A DNA stretch of 64,000 nucleotides from an uncultured delta proteobacterium (GCA_963804165.1 CAWDPO010000033.1:32001-96000); one strand, 5' to 3'. Counted from the first letter of the stretch, positions 41,536 through 52,121 are shown. Made by a program: numbers and translations. The notes: generated by a model from the letters alone, not told the origin.

Positions 41536-42645
41536 GTGAAACTGCGCGACCTGATCGGACTCTTGGTTGTCGTTCTAACTCTTGCTGGGGCCGCAAGCGG
41601 TCGGAGCGCGGAAACGACTTCCGGCTCGGAGCAAGAGTGGGAGCGCACCGTCAAGGCCGCCGAACAGGAAGGGCAGGTCGTCGTCTACAAAATCGCCCAC
41701 GATGCGGAATGGCTTGCCTTTCAAAAAAGATTTCCCAAGATCAAAGTTGTTTTAATCCAAGGCAACGCGGCGCAGATCCAACAGCGGCTGCTCGCTGAAC
41801 GCAGAGCGGGAAAATTTCTCGCCGACGTCGTGCGCCTCGGCGGCGGCACGTCGACGTCGCTTTACAAAGCGAAGGCGCTCGATCCCGTCGCACCCGCGTT
41901 GATGCTTTCCGAAGTCAAAGACGTTTCGAAATGGTTCGACGGCAAACATCACTACAACGACATCGATAACCAGTATGTCTTTGTCTACGCGGCCTTCCCC
42001 TTGCACCTGCTCGGGTACAACCAAAAATCGGTGGACCCGAAAACATTGACGAGCTATGGGGATCTCCTCGAGCCCAAGTGGAAAGGTAAGATCACTCTCA
42101 AAGACCCGAAAGAGCCCGGCGGCCAAAGCCCGTTGCTCTTTCTGTATCACAACCCCCAGCTTGGCCCGGATTATCTTAAAAAACTATTCAGCCTGGCCGG
42201 ACCCACGCTCGTGCGCGATGACCGGCAGCAAACCGACTGGCTCGCTGCCGGTAAATTCCCGCTGACGCTGACGTCCAAAGCGACCGAAGTCGAGGAGGCG
42301 AAGAATCAAGGTTTGCCGGTGGATGTCCTCGACGCTCATGCGTTCAAGAAGGACGGTGTCGGTCTTGAAGCCGGCGGTACGATGCTGGCCTTGATGAATA
42401 AGGCGCCGCATCCCAATGCAGCCAAGGTGCTGATCAACTGGTTTCTCTCCCGCGAGGGGCAAATGGCGGTTCAAAAAACCGGCGTCAACGAGCCGGGACA
42501 AAATTCGCTGCGCGAAGACATTCCCAAAGAGCAGTTGTCTGGTTCGTTGCAACGGCAGAAGGGCGTTAAGTACGTCCGTCTTTGGGGAACCGAGGTGTGG
42601 GACAGGGAATCGGTCACTAAGTTCGTCAATGAGCTGGTAAGGTGA
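41536..42645 (+). CDS. Extracellular solute-binding protein (paralog 10)
   Basis: Signal peptide and family scaffold motifs. Confidence 0.85.
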   Translation: MKLRDLIGLLVVVLTLAGAASGRSAETTSGSEQEWERTVKAAEQEGQVVVYKIAHDAEWLAFQKRFPKIKVVLIQGNAAQIQQRLLAERRAGKFLADVVRLGGGTSTSLYKAKALDPVAPALMLSEVKDVSKWFDGKHHYNDIDNQYVFVYAAFPLHLLGYNQKSVDPKTLTSYGDLLEPKWKGKITLKDPKEPGGQSPLLFLYHNPQLGPDYLKKLFSLAGPTLVRDDRQQTDWLAAGKFPLTLTSKATEVEEAKNQGLPVDVLDAHAFKKDGVGLEAGGTMLALMNKAPHPNAAKVLINWFLSREGQMAVQKTGVNEPGQNSLREDIPKEQLSGSLQRQKGVKYVRLWGTEVWDRESVTKFVNELVR

Positions 42646-42770
42646 TCATGGCGACGATGCGACCGAGTCATAACCCCGTTCCGGCCTCGGTTCTTCACCT
42701 TCGCTCAGGACTGGTTAGGCTCAGCTCGAACGGAGGAGAATATGCGAACCGACAATAGAGGAGACATCTC

Positions 42771-43982
42771 ATGATTAAGCCGAGCGACCTTACCTGGGAT
42801 CAGATCGTTCGAGTCGGAGCGGACACGCCGGGCGGGAACTATCTGCGGTGTTTTTGGTGGCCGGTGGCGCTGGCCGACGAAGTCAAAGATATACCGGTGC
42901 CGGTGAAAATCCTCGGCGAAGAGCTGGTGCTCTTCCGCGATCTCTCCGGCGAGCTGACGCTATTGGGAGCCTACTGCTCGCACCGCCGGGCGTCGCTCGA
43001 ATACGGCATTATTCAGACCGAGGGGATTCGCTGTGCCTACCACGGCTGGTGCTATGACCGGCGCGGCCGGGTCGTCGACCGGCCCGCCGAGCCGATCAAG
43101 ACCGCGCCCCACATTCAGCATCCGTGGTACCCGGCAAAGGAATTAGGCGGGTTTGTGTTCGCTTACATGGGAAAGGATAAAGAGAGCCCGCCGCCGCTGC
43201 CGCGATACGATGTGCTGGTTCAGGACGGCTATCGGGTCGTCGAGCGAGGCGACAGCGATACCGGCAAAGCCTACAACTGCAATTGGCTGCAGGGCGTGGA
43301 GAATACAACGGATACCACGCACCTGACTTATCTGCACAGAATTTACGACAAGTGTCCGAGCTTTAAGGCGGTGGAAGGCGAATACGGTGTTAAATTGTAT
43401 ATTCTCGAGCCACGCGCAAAAGCCAATCACGTCGCGTTGAGAAAAAGAGGCACCGTGCTGCCGACCATTAACCGCAAGTCGCGCGAACTGCGTCCGAAAA
43501 ATCCTGAGGAACCTCAAGTGACGCTCCAGCAGGCGATCTGGATCGTGCCCATCGACGATACGCACTGCGAGGAGATGCGCCTCACGGTTTATCCTGAAAA
43601 ACCGAAGGAGCGCAGATATCACGGCGCCTTCGTGGATCAAGCCAAGGAGCGGGAGAGAAAACCGTACGACCGGCGCTTTTACGGCGAGATCAAGGGCATC
43701 GTTCCTCTGGAGGACAAAGCGATGGTGGAAAGCCAAGGACCGATCGTCGATCGCGCGCTGGAACATCCCGGCTACGGCGACAGGGCGATTCTGCTCTTAC
43801 GAAAGATGATTCGCGACGGCATCGCCGAGGTCGCCAACGGCGGCGCGCCGAGAGGTGTGCTGAAAGAAGACCTGTCTATGGTCGATCTCGACATCGGTGT
43901 CGAAGAATATCCGGTGGGTCAAGTGCCTGAGCCAGCGAAAGGATTGATTGCCGAGCTACAGCAGCAGGCGGAGCACATATGA
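42771..43982 (+). CDS. Rieske oxygenase alpha subunit
   Basis: CSHRR...CAYHGW; VENTTDTTHLTYLH; EDKAMVESQG. Confidence 0.88.
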   Translation: MIKPSDLTWDQIVRVGADTPGGNYLRCFWWPVALADEVKDIPVPVKILGEELVLFRDLSGELTLLGAYCSHRRASLEYGIIQTEGIRCAYHGWCYDRRGRVVDRPAEPIKTAPHIQHPWYPAKELGGFVFAYMGKDKESPPPLPRYDVLVQDGYRVVERGDSDTGKAYNCNWLQGVENTTDTTHLTYLHRIYDKCPSFKAVEGEYGVKLYILEPRAKANHVALRKRGTVLPTINRKSRELRPKNPEEPQVTLQQAIWIVPIDDTHCEEMRLTVYPEKPKERRYHGAFVDQAKERERKPYDRRFYGEIKGIVPLEDKAMVESQGPIVDRALEHPGYGDRAILLLRKMIRDGIAEVANGGAPRGVLKEDLSMVDLDIGVEEYPVGQVPEPAKGLIAELQQQAEHI

Positions 43983-44145
43983 AAACTGAAAGCTGTTACT
44001 TCGATCGCATCGACCTCTGCGCGATATTAGTTTGGCTGCAATAGATAGGATTCAGTTCATTGTCAAAAACAAAGAGCATCCGTAATTTGGGTAAGAGTGA
44101 GGGTGCCATTCGAATCACCCCTCATCCTTATCTTCTCCCGCAAGA

Positions 44146-44312
44146 GGTTGTGTCGCAATGTCATTCTGAGGAGTGGAGCGACGAAGAATCTGCTTTTTGG
44201 TTTTGTAGTCTCGAAACGTCAACGCCGAATCGACACGAGTGCGGAAGAAAAGCAGATCCTTCGCCAAGGCTCAGGATGACACGGGCGCAATTTTTCGGAT
44301 TGCAACACAGTC
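44146..44312. repeat. MITE-like element containing a TGTCATTCTGAG...CTCAGGATGACA REP pair
   Basis: Outer imperfect IR GGTTGTGTCGCAAT / ATTGCAACACAGTC, with the inner palindrome at 44158-44281. Confidence 0.55.
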
Positions 44313-44405
44313 ACCAAGCGGTGAAGGAATCTCGGAAGGACGAATCGGTTACGGCCAGCGACTTGTCGCTGATTCAACCGATGCAAGTCTATTGGGACCA
44401 AAACG

Positions 44406-45281
44406 ATGAAAACAAATAATTCGACAGCTCCTTTTGAGCGCCTCGGCTTTATCGGCTTGGGCAATATGGGCGGCGCCATCGCGCTGCGTCTTCTGCGCGC
44501 CGGTTATCCGCTGACGGTTCTCGATCTCGACGACGAAAAGATGCAGGCGCTGAAAAAAAATGGCGCCGGCGTCGCGGCGACGCCGAAGGAAATTGCCGAG
44601 CGATCGACGATGGTCCTGGCATCGCTCCAGCCGGGCGATGTGGAAAAGGTCACCTGCGGCGAAAACGGCATCGCCGAAGCGAACAATGAAAACTTGGTCT
44701 TCGTCGATCTGAGCAGCACGGCGCCGGAGCTGGCCGTCAAAGTATCCGACGCCCTGCGCGCGCGCGGCGTCGAGATGCTCGATGCGCCGCTGAGCGGCGC
44801 GGATATCGGCGCCACCAACGGCAACCTGACGATTTTTGTCGGTGGCAGCTATGAGGCGTATCAACGTTGTCTGCCGGTGCTGCAACATGTTGGCCGCATG
44901 GTTACGTACTTGGGCAAGAACGGCAACGGGCAGATCGGCAAACAGATCAATCAGGTGATGCAAGCTTTGTCAGAGTTGGCGATCTACGAAGGCCTGCTGT
45001 TGGCAAAAAAATCCGGCCTCGACTTGAAAATGTTTGCCCGCGCGGCCTCCGGCGGCTGCGCGCAGTCGTGGCGCTTGGACGAGCTGGTCGACAATGTCTT
45101 CAACAAGGGCGACAAGACTTATAAACTCGGCATGCGCCCGGGCCGTACCGGGCATGCGCTGAAGATGGCCGAGAAGCTCGGGCTAGATCTGGCGGGAGCG
45201 AAGGCCGCCGAGCAAATGTTTTCGCGCCAGGGTTGGCAGGTGGAAATCGATTTTGAGCGCAATGACGTTCCGAACCCTTAG
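44406..45281 (+). CDS. NAD(P)-dependent beta-hydroxyacid dehydrogenase (3-hydroxyisobutyrate / tartronate semialdehyde reductase family)
   Basis: GFIGLGNMG, VDLSST, DAPLSG, and the catalytic GQIGKQINQ segment. Confidence 0.87.
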   Translation: MKTNNSTAPFERLGFIGLGNMGGAIALRLLRAGYPLTVLDLDDEKMQALKKNGAGVAATPKEIAERSTMVLASLQPGDVEKVTCGENGIAEANNENLVFVDLSSTAPELAVKVSDALRARGVEMLDAPLSGADIGATNGNLTIFVGGSYEAYQRCLPVLQHVGRMVTYLGKNGNGQIGKQINQVMQALSELAIYEGLLLAKKSGLDLKMFARAASGGCAQSWRLDELVDNVFNKGDKTYKLGMRPGRTGHALKMAEKLGLDLAGAKAAEQMFSRQGWQVEIDFERNDVPNP

Positions 45282-45282
45282 T

Positions 45283-45487
45283 CTAGTGTGGCGTCTCAGA
45301 AGTTCGTTTAAAAAGTTCAAACGATGGCAGCCACTGAAGTTGAACTCAAATCCCCCTTTGTCCCCTTTTTCAAAGGGGGAATTTTCTCCGTGCGATTCTC
45401 ACCCCTCTTTGCCAAAGAGGGGAAGGGGAGATTTTCCGACGGAATGAGGTGGGAATTATGTCGCGAACTTCTGAGACAGGACACTAG
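45283..45487. mobile_element. Non-autonomous MITE-like element with 24-bp CTAG-ended TIRs
   Basis: CTAGTGTGGCGTCTCAGAAGTTCG vs CGAACTTCTGAGACAGGACACTAG (21/24 complementary); internal hairpin pair. Confidence 0.65.
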
Positions 45488-45617
45488 CAGGGTACTGAAA
45501 AAACGTCGGAATGCTTCGACACGCTCAGCATGAACGGAAAAACATAACCATCTTAATGTGTCCGTTCGTCCTGAGCGACGTCGAAGGAGTTATAAAAGGT
45601 GTTTTAGCGACCTGCTA
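45485..45617. mobile_element. Second abutting MITE-like element (TAGCAGG...CCTGCTA)
   Basis: Imperfect TIRs enclosing CTTCGACACGCTCAGCATGAACGG / CCGTTCGTCCTGAGCGACGTCGAAG. Confidence 0.5.
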
Positions 45618-45618
45618 A

Positions 45619-46794
45619 GTGAAATTGTCGATTCGTTCAGCAAAAATGTTCCACGCAAAAAATTTGATCGCCGCGCTGATGTTGTTCTCGACATTGGCGA
45701 TCCCCATTCCGCGCGCCGGCGTTGCGGCAGAGGTTAAGGTGTCATGGCAGGAAGAGTGGGAAAAAACGGTCAAGGCGGCGGAGCAAGAAGGACAAGTCGT
45801 TTTGTATAGCCTTTCCGAAGTCGGCGACGCGATCGCTAATACCGGTTTTCAGAAAAAGTTTCCCAAGATCAAGATTTCCGTCGTGACCGCGCGCGGCGGC
45901 GAGCATGTTTCCCGGGTCATGGCCGAGCGCAGAGCGGGAAAATTTCTCGCCGACATCGGTAACCTAGGCAATACTTCGCCTTATACCCTGTATCAGAGCA
46001 AGACGCTCGATCCGATTGCGTCGGCTTTTATTCTACCCGAAGTCAAAGACGAGTCGAAGTGGTGGCAGGGCAAGCAGCAGTTCATCGATCCCGAGGGAAA
46101 GTTCATACTCGTCTATGTCGGCGCGCCGCTTTTCCTGGTGGGGTACAACAGTAAGATCGTCGATCCCGGCGGATTCAAATCCTACTGGGACCTCCTCGAT
46201 CCCAAGTGGAAGGGAAAGATCGTCGCGTTCGATCCTAAGGCGGGGGGATTCGCAGCGACCCGTGACCGCTTTTTTTATCACAACCCGGAGTTGGGGCCGG
46301 TCTTTCTGCGCCGGTTGTTCGGCGAAATGGCGCTGACACTGTATGCCCGTTATCCTCAAGGCGAAGACTGGCTTGCCGCGGGTAAGTATTCCATTTGCCT
46401 GTGCCGCCACCAGTCGATCAGCGAAGCGAAGACGCAAGGGCTTCCGGTCGATCTGATCGAGCCGTCGTCGTTTAAAGAAGGCGTCGGCGTCGAGACGCGC
46501 GCGAAGACTTTGGTGTTGATGAATCAGCCGCCGCATCCCAATGCCGCCAAAGTATTTCTCAACTGGTTTCTTTCGCGCGAGGGGCAAAGCGATTTTCAGA
46601 AGACTTCGGCCAAGTTTATCGACGCGGGCGCGGAAGGCTCGCTCAGAATGGATATTCCCAAGGACGATATCCCGCCGCGCAACCGGTTAAATCCCGGGGT
46701 GAAATACTTGCCGCAATGGAACGCCGATTACTTTGACATGAAGCCGATTTCCAAGTTAATCAGTGAAGCGCAAAGTGAAGCGGGGAAGAAGTGA
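45619..46794 (+). CDS. Extracellular solute-binding protein (paralog 11)
   Basis: Signal peptide (start possibly 45646), family scaffold motifs, GNTSPY shared with paralog 13, CLC motif. Confidence 0.85.
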   Translation: MKLSIRSAKMFHAKNLIAALMLFSTLAIPIPRAGVAAEVKVSWQEEWEKTVKAAEQEGQVVLYSLSEVGDAIANTGFQKKFPKIKISVVTARGGEHVSRVMAERRAGKFLADIGNLGNTSPYTLYQSKTLDPIASAFILPEVKDESKWWQGKQQFIDPEGKFILVYVGAPLFLVGYNSKIVDPGGFKSYWDLLDPKWKGKIVAFDPKAGGFAATRDRFFYHNPELGPVFLRRLFGEMALTLYARYPQGEDWLAAGKYSICLCRHQSISEAKTQGLPVDLIEPSSFKEGVGVETRAKTLVLMNQPPHPNAAKVFLNWFLSREGQSDFQKTSAKFIDAGAEGSLRMDIPKDDIPPRNRLNPGVKYLPQWNADYFDMKPISKLISEAQSEAGKK

Positions 46795-46931
46795 ATAGTG
46801 AATAAGGGACTTTTAACCACGAGTGATTCATGACCTCACGCTCGCCCACAGAGAATGAAAATGGAGGGATGAGCTAGCCCGGGTTTGACGGACACCAAGA
46901 AAAGGGTCAAAAGCCCTGAAGGAGGTGTTCG

Positions 46932-47225
46932 ATGACGAAGCGCAAGGGATTTAGCGGCGAGTTCAAACGAGAAGCGGTGCGGTTATTAGAGACCTCGCAG
47001 AAGCCCCCGTCAGATCTCGCCCGCGAACTGGGAGTGCGGCGCAATCAGCTCTACAAGTGGAAAGAGCAGATGAGTAAGCGTGGCGAAGGAGCTTTCCCTG
47101 GATCAGGACGAGGATCGGGCGGCAACGATGAGGTGGCTCGACTGCGCAAGGAGCTGGAGAGAGTCAAAGAGGAGCGCGACATCTTAAAAAAGGCAGCCGC
47201 GTACTTTGCCAAGGAGCTCAAGTGA
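46932..47225 (+). CDS. IS3 transposase OrfA (HTH)
   Basis: FSGEFKREAVRL...ARELGV...LYKW...ERDILKKAAAYFAKE. Confidence 0.9.
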   Translation: MTKRKGFSGEFKREAVRLLETSQKPPSDLARELGVRRNQLYKWKEQMSKRGEGAFPGSGRGSGGNDEVARLRKELERVKEERDILKKAAAYFAKELK

Positions 47226-48088
47226 AGTACGCGTTCGTGCGAGCTAACCGCCAAGAGTTTCACGTCACACGGATGTGCCAAGTGTTACAGGTCAGCCGCA
47301 GTGGGTATTACGACTGGCAGGTGCGTAAGGAGTGTGAGCGCAGCCGCCAGGATGGTGTTCTGCTCAAAAAGATCCGCAAGATCCACCTGGAGATGAAAGA
47401 GGCTTATGGTGCAACTAAGACGTGGCGGACCTTACAGCAGTCCGGGACGATCTGTGGAAAGCATCGCGTCGCCCGGCTCAGGCGAGCGGCAGGGATAGAG
47501 GCGCGGCGCAAACGCAAATTTAGACTGGCCTATCAGGCCCGTAACACGGCGCCTGTACCGCCCAATCTTTTACGCTGGCCTTTCACAGCCGCTTACCCCG
47601 ATCAGATCTGGGTGACCGATGTAACCTTCATCCCAACGCGCTCGGGCTGGTTATACCTGGCCGTGATGATCGACCTGCATACCCGTTTAGTGGTGGGTTG
47701 GTCCATGAAGGATCGTCCAAACCAGGAGCTAGCCAATGAGGCACTGATGATGGCGGTGGAGCAACGCCGGCCCAAGCCAGGGCTCATTCATCACAGTGAC
47801 CAGGGGATTTTGTACTCCAGTGGGAGTTATGTGGATCTGCTGAAAAAACACGGGATGCTGCGCAGCATGAGCGGCAAGGGCAACTGCTATGACAACGCGG
47901 TCGCTGAAAGCTTCTTCAGTTCACTAAAGAACGAGATCGTTCACCACCGCGACTATCACACGCGGGATCAAGCTCGATCGGAAATCTTCGAGTACATCGA
48001 ACTGTTTTACAATCGCAAACGAATTCATCAGTCATTGAATTATCAAACGCCGATGCAGTACGAGTCGGTCAAACTGTCTACTAATTAA
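47222..48088 (+). CDS. IS3 transposase OrfB (DDE)
   Basis: WVTDVT, HHSDQG, CYDNAVAESFF. Confidence 0.92.
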   Translation: MKYAFVRANRQEFHVTRMCQVLQVSRSGYYDWQVRKECERSRQDGVLLKKIRKIHLEMKEAYGATKTWRTLQQSGTICGKHRVARLRRAAGIEARRKRKFRLAYQARNTAPVPPNLLRWPFTAAYPDQIWVTDVTFIPTRSGWLYLAVMIDLHTRLVVGWSMKDRPNQELANEALMMAVEQRRPKPGLIHHSDQGILYSSGSYVDLLKKHGMLRSMSGKGNCYDNAVAESFFSSLKNEIVHHRDYHTRDQARSEIFEYIELFYNRKRIHQSLNYQTPMQYESVKLSTN

Positions 48089-48171
48089 CTGTCCGTTAAA
48101 CCGGGGGCACCTCAGGATGTCCCTCCACGTGATGCTCTCTCTTCGATCCGTCATTCCCGCGCACGCGGGAA

Positions 48172-49205
48172 GGTGGATTCACATTTCAAGTGCAACAGGT
48201 TGTGGCAGAAAACCTCTGCCGGGGTTTTGTAGTTGAGACACTTTCTCGGAGTGTGATTATAACAACGAACCAAACGAGCAAACGGTTATCGGATAATGTG
48301 GCCAAGTCAGTCTTCCTCGGCAGTCCTCGGCGCATTCGTCCGATGGCGTTTTCAATACCGCCTTTTTGCCACGGCGCATGAGGATCACAGAAAAACGTGC
48401 GCATCGAGAGTTTATGGAGTCGGTAGTGATAGGCGAACTCAGTGCCGTTATCGAAGGTGATCGTCCGACGTAAGAGCTTGGGTAAAGATCTGAACAGATC
48501 CGTGAGCTTTTTAGCCACCGGCTCGGCAGCCTTGCTGGGCTGTCGACTGACCAGGAGCAAACGAGAGCGTCTTTCATGAGTGACCAAAACAGCCTGACCG
48601 TACTTGGCAAACAACATCAAGTCCGCTTCCCAATGCCCCGGTTGTCGGCGCTTATGGATGTAGGCCGGACGCTGATTGATCGGTACTCGGTCTGGATATG
48701 ATCCACTGGGCTACCGCCTTTGTGCCCACGCCAACCCCGCTTGCTTTTTCCCCGGGGAAGGTAGTGGCGCCAACTATAGTCCTGAGTACGGCGAATCTGG
48801 GAGTCGATAAAGCGATAGATCGACTCATAGCTGATCACTGTAGCTCTTTGTTCCTTTTTCAGTCGTCCGGCGACTTGAGCCGGCGACCAACCCTGTCCCA
48901 GGCCTTGGAGCACCTCTTGCTGAAGATCAGGCTTACGCAGCAACCGGCTTCCCCGCCAACGCCGGCTTTTAGTCGCTGCTCGGCGTAGGCCGGCTGATAA
49001 CCGACTTGAGTGCCGCTGTTGCGTTTAAGCTCACGCGCTATAGTCGATGGCGCGCGATCCATAGCTGTCGCGATTTGGCGGATTGTTTTCCCGGCTTGGC
49101 GATGCCGGGCAATCGTGCAACGTTGTTCCAATGAAAGCTGTTCATAGTGCTGTCCCATCGCAACACCTTATACAAAAAGTGTTGCACTTCGTTTGTGAAT
49201 TTAGG
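48172..49205 (-). mobile_element. IS30-family insertion sequence inserted in a REP
   Basis: Imperfect ~26-bp TIRs sharing ATTCACA....AAGTGCAACA; GAA (up to GGGAA) is duplicated on both flanks. Confidence 0.85.
48186..49158 (-). pseudogene. IS30 transposase, split by several frameshifts
   Basis: MGQHYEQLSLEQR...STIARELKRN, WSPAQVAGRL...SYESIYR, GHWEAD, TITFDNGTEF and CDPHAPWQKGGIEN, spread across three frames. Confidence 0.8.
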
Positions 49206-49426
49206 GAATCCAGGTTTGCTCCAGCCGAATTAGCCTGGCTACCCGCTTTCGCGGGTATGACGACCCAGGCAGCCTCTATTCGTTCTCATTTTCGAACAGG
49301 TATTTTCAAAGGAGGTCACGAAAAACACGAACTTTGATTCGATAAGTGTCGAACCCCTTCGTGTCCTTCGCGCTCTTCGTGGTGAAGATGAAGTTCCTCG
49401 ATTGAGATCTCATGGAGAAATGACCT

Positions 49427-50674
49427 ATGCTGAGCCGTGAAGAAAACGAGCTGCTGACTAAAGTCGGGCGTGGCACGCCGATGGGCGAATTGCTGCGCCG
49501 CTACTGGTATCCGATCGCTGCGTGCTCTGAACTCATTGAGAAACCAACTAAGGGTGTGCGGGTGCTCGGCGAAGACTTGGTGCTCTATCGCGACAAGCAG
49601 GGGCGGCCGGGTCTCATCGGCTCGCAGTGCGCGCACCGGCGCATGGCGTTGGTTCTGGGGATTCCGGAAAAGGACGGCTTGCGCTGTCCCTACCATGGCT
49701 GGCTGTACGATCGAAACGGTAAATGCCTCGAACAGCCTTATGAACAGGCCGAGGATCCCGAAAGTACGTTTAAGGATCGCATCCGCATGCCGGCGTATCC
49801 GGTCGAGGAGCTAGGCGGTCTGATTTTCGCCTACCTCGGCCCGCAGCCCGCGCCGCTATTGCCGCGCTGGGAATTGTTCGTGCGCGACGGTGTACTGCGT
49901 GATATCGGCGCGGCGGTGATCCCGTGTAATTGGCTGCAGATCATGGAGAACTCCCTCGACCCGGTGCATGTCGAATGGCTGCATCAGCATTTTTTCAACT
50001 ACGTGCAAGAACGGCTCGGGCGCACGGATTTCAAAGGCGAGCCGGTGCGCCACAAAAAGATCAACTTCAGAGAGTTCGAGCATGGCATCATCAAGACTCG
50101 GATGCTGGAAGGCGAGAGCGAAGACAACGAAGACTGGCAGGTGGGGCACCCGGTGCTGTTTCCGAATATTCTCCTGAGCGGGAGCACGAGCCGACCGACT
50201 TTTCAGATCCGCGTGCCGCTCGATGACACGCACACGCTGCACCTCTGGTACACTTGCTATCCGCGCGGCGATGCCAAGGGGCCGCAGGAAGTGATTCCGT
50301 TTTACAACGTGCCGGTGCCGGGCGTCGACGCCGCCGGCGAGCCACAGTGGTCGCTGCTCGACAACAACAGCGGCGAAGACATGATCGCGTGGATTACCCA
50401 GGGCGGAGTCGCGGATCGGACGCAAGAATCGCTGGGTCTTTCCGACAAAGGCATCATTCTCTACCGTCGCCAGCTCAAGGAGCAGCTGGAAAAAGTTCAG
50501 GCCGGGCAAGACCCGATCAACGTTCTTCGCGATCCGGCAAACAATGTGAATATCAAGGTCCGTCTTGAAGACAGCAAGCTCAACAGCGGCAGTTTTCGCT
50601 CCGGCCCGCGCCGCCAGGGCGGTGCAACGAAATATAGTCCGATTCTTAATGAAGAGGAGCGGACGAGAAAATGA
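49427..50674 (+). CDS. Rieske oxygenase alpha subunit
   Basis: CAHRR...CPYHGW; MENSLDPVHVEWLH; EDMIAWITQG. Confidence 0.9.
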   Translation: MLSREENELLTKVGRGTPMGELLRRYWYPIAACSELIEKPTKGVRVLGEDLVLYRDKQGRPGLIGSQCAHRRMALVLGIPEKDGLRCPYHGWLYDRNGKCLEQPYEQAEDPESTFKDRIRMPAYPVEELGGLIFAYLGPQPAPLLPRWELFVRDGVLRDIGAAVIPCNWLQIMENSLDPVHVEWLHQHFFNYVQERLGRTDFKGEPVRHKKINFREFEHGIIKTRMLEGESEDNEDWQVGHPVLFPNILLSGSTSRPTFQIRVPLDDTHTLHLWYTCYPRGDAKGPQEVIPFYNVPVPGVDAAGEPQWSLLDNNSGEDMIAWITQGGVADRTQESLGLSDKGIILYRRQLKEQLEKVQAGQDPINVLRDPANNVNIKVRLEDSKLNSGSFRSGPRRQGGATKYSPILNEEERTRK

Positions 50675-50828
50675 ACGTTCAAAACGTTCAGGCCGTTCAA
50701 CCGCTCCGCGGAGCCTGTCCTGAGCAAAGCCGAAGGGTTCAAATCCCCTCCTTCGTCCTCCCCCGCGTCGCAGGGGAGGAAAGAGGTGGGGGCTTGAGCG
50801 ATTTGAACGGCTTGAACTACTTGAACGG
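50674..50828. repeat. Inverted 9-mer arrays (GTTCAA-rich) enclosing REP-like hairpins
   Basis: gttcaaaacgttcaggccgttcaaccgctc ... gagcgatttgaacggcttgaactacttgaac; related arrays at 55070-55118. Confidence 0.6.
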
Positions 50829-50853
50829 AATTGATGTCTGGAGGTAGCGACAG

Positions 50854-52030
50854 ATGGCTTTGGTTAAAATCGGCCTCGTCGGTCTCGGCACAGCGGGAAG
50901 ATCGCTGCCGCAAGCGATCGCCAAGACGACGGGATTCTCCTTCGTCGCGGGAGCCGACCTTCGAGAAGAGGCGCGCGCGCAGTACCGCGCCGAGTTTGGC
51001 ATTCAGACCTTCGACAGCGTCGAGTCGATGTGCGAGCTCAAAGAGCTGGACGCCGTCTACGTCGCCACGCCGAATCCCTATCACGCCGAACATGCCCTCA
51101 CGGCCCTGGAACACGGCAAGCATGTGATGGCCGAGAAGCCGATGGCATTGACTCTGGAAGATTGCGACCGGATGATTGCAGCGGCGGAAAGAAATCACGT
51201 CAAGCTCATGGTCGCGCATACGCGCAGTTTCAATCCGCCGATCCGCAAGATGCGCGAGATTATCAGCAGTGGCAAGCTTGGGCGGGTAACCCAAGTTCAT
51301 ACGCTACGATATTCGCCCTGGCTGTTGCGGCCGCGCGAGCCGGTGGAAATTAATACTGAGTTCGGCGGCGGCGTTTGCTACCGTCAGGCGCCGCACCAGG
51401 TCGATATCGCTCGTCTATTGGGCGGCGGCATGGTGCGCAGCGTGCGCGCCCACGCGGGCCGCTGGTCGGCAGAAAATTCTACGGAAGGAAACTATTCCGC
51501 GCTCTTGGATTTCGACGGCGGTGTGACCGCAACTTTGATCTATGACGGCTATGGCTATTTTGACGATCGCGAGTTGATTGAGGGCGACGTATTTGGCGGG
51601 GACGATCAACTTGGGCCCGGCCAGAGATTGAGAAAAGCACGCGCCGAAGGAAGGCTTAACAAAGATACCAGCCGCTCGGGCGTCAGCTTTTGACATCGAG
51701 CGCGGCGACGGCGATGGCGAGCAGGCAGGCCGCGCCAGCCGTTTTTCGGCATTACGCTTAGTCAGTTGCGAGCGCGGCGCGCTGCGGCAGTCTGCGGACG
51801 GGGTTTTCATTTACGACGAGCACGGCAGAACTGAAGTGCCATGTCCGGACTGGAGTGGTCCGCTCAAGGTGGAACTGGAAGATTTTTACCAAGCCGTGAC
51901 CACTGGCGGGAGCGTCCCCCATGACGGGAAATGGGGCAAGGCGACTCTGGAGGTTTGCCTGGCGATACTTCAGTCGAATGAGCACAAGCGCGAACAACTG
52001 GTCACCCATCAGGTGCCGAGCCCGTACTGA
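50854..52030 (+). CDS. Gfo/Idh/MocA oxidoreductase (frameshift in the T-run near 51690)
   Basis: GLVGLG, DAVYVATPNPYH, EKPMA, RQAPHQVD. The shifted frame gives VSCERG...HDGKWGKATLEVCLA...HQVPSPY, matching paralog 16964. Confidence 0.85.
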
Positions 52031-52121
52031 CCGGTGGATCGTAAGATCTGTTGCTGTTTTTTAGTCTTGAACTTCACACAGCGACGCGATAGAAACTCGC
52101 TGGCTTATAGAGGGATTCAAT

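Larger units (their letters stand above)
46870..48114 (+). mobile_element. IS3-family insertion sequence (1245 bp)
   Basis: TIRs TGAGCTAGCCCGGGTTTGACGGACA / TGTCCGTTAAACCGGGGGCACCTCA, a 3-bp GGA target duplication, orfA/orfB, and an A6G slippery site at 47186-47192. Confidence 0.93.

Noticed and set aside
44060-44419. 119-aa ORF before the dehydrogenase
   Set aside because: It is mostly translation of a REP/MITE palindrome, with no protein-like features.
51691-51693. TGA read-through in the Gfo/Idh/MocA gene
   Set aside because: An extra T in a homopolymer explains it; the downstream homology is in another frame.
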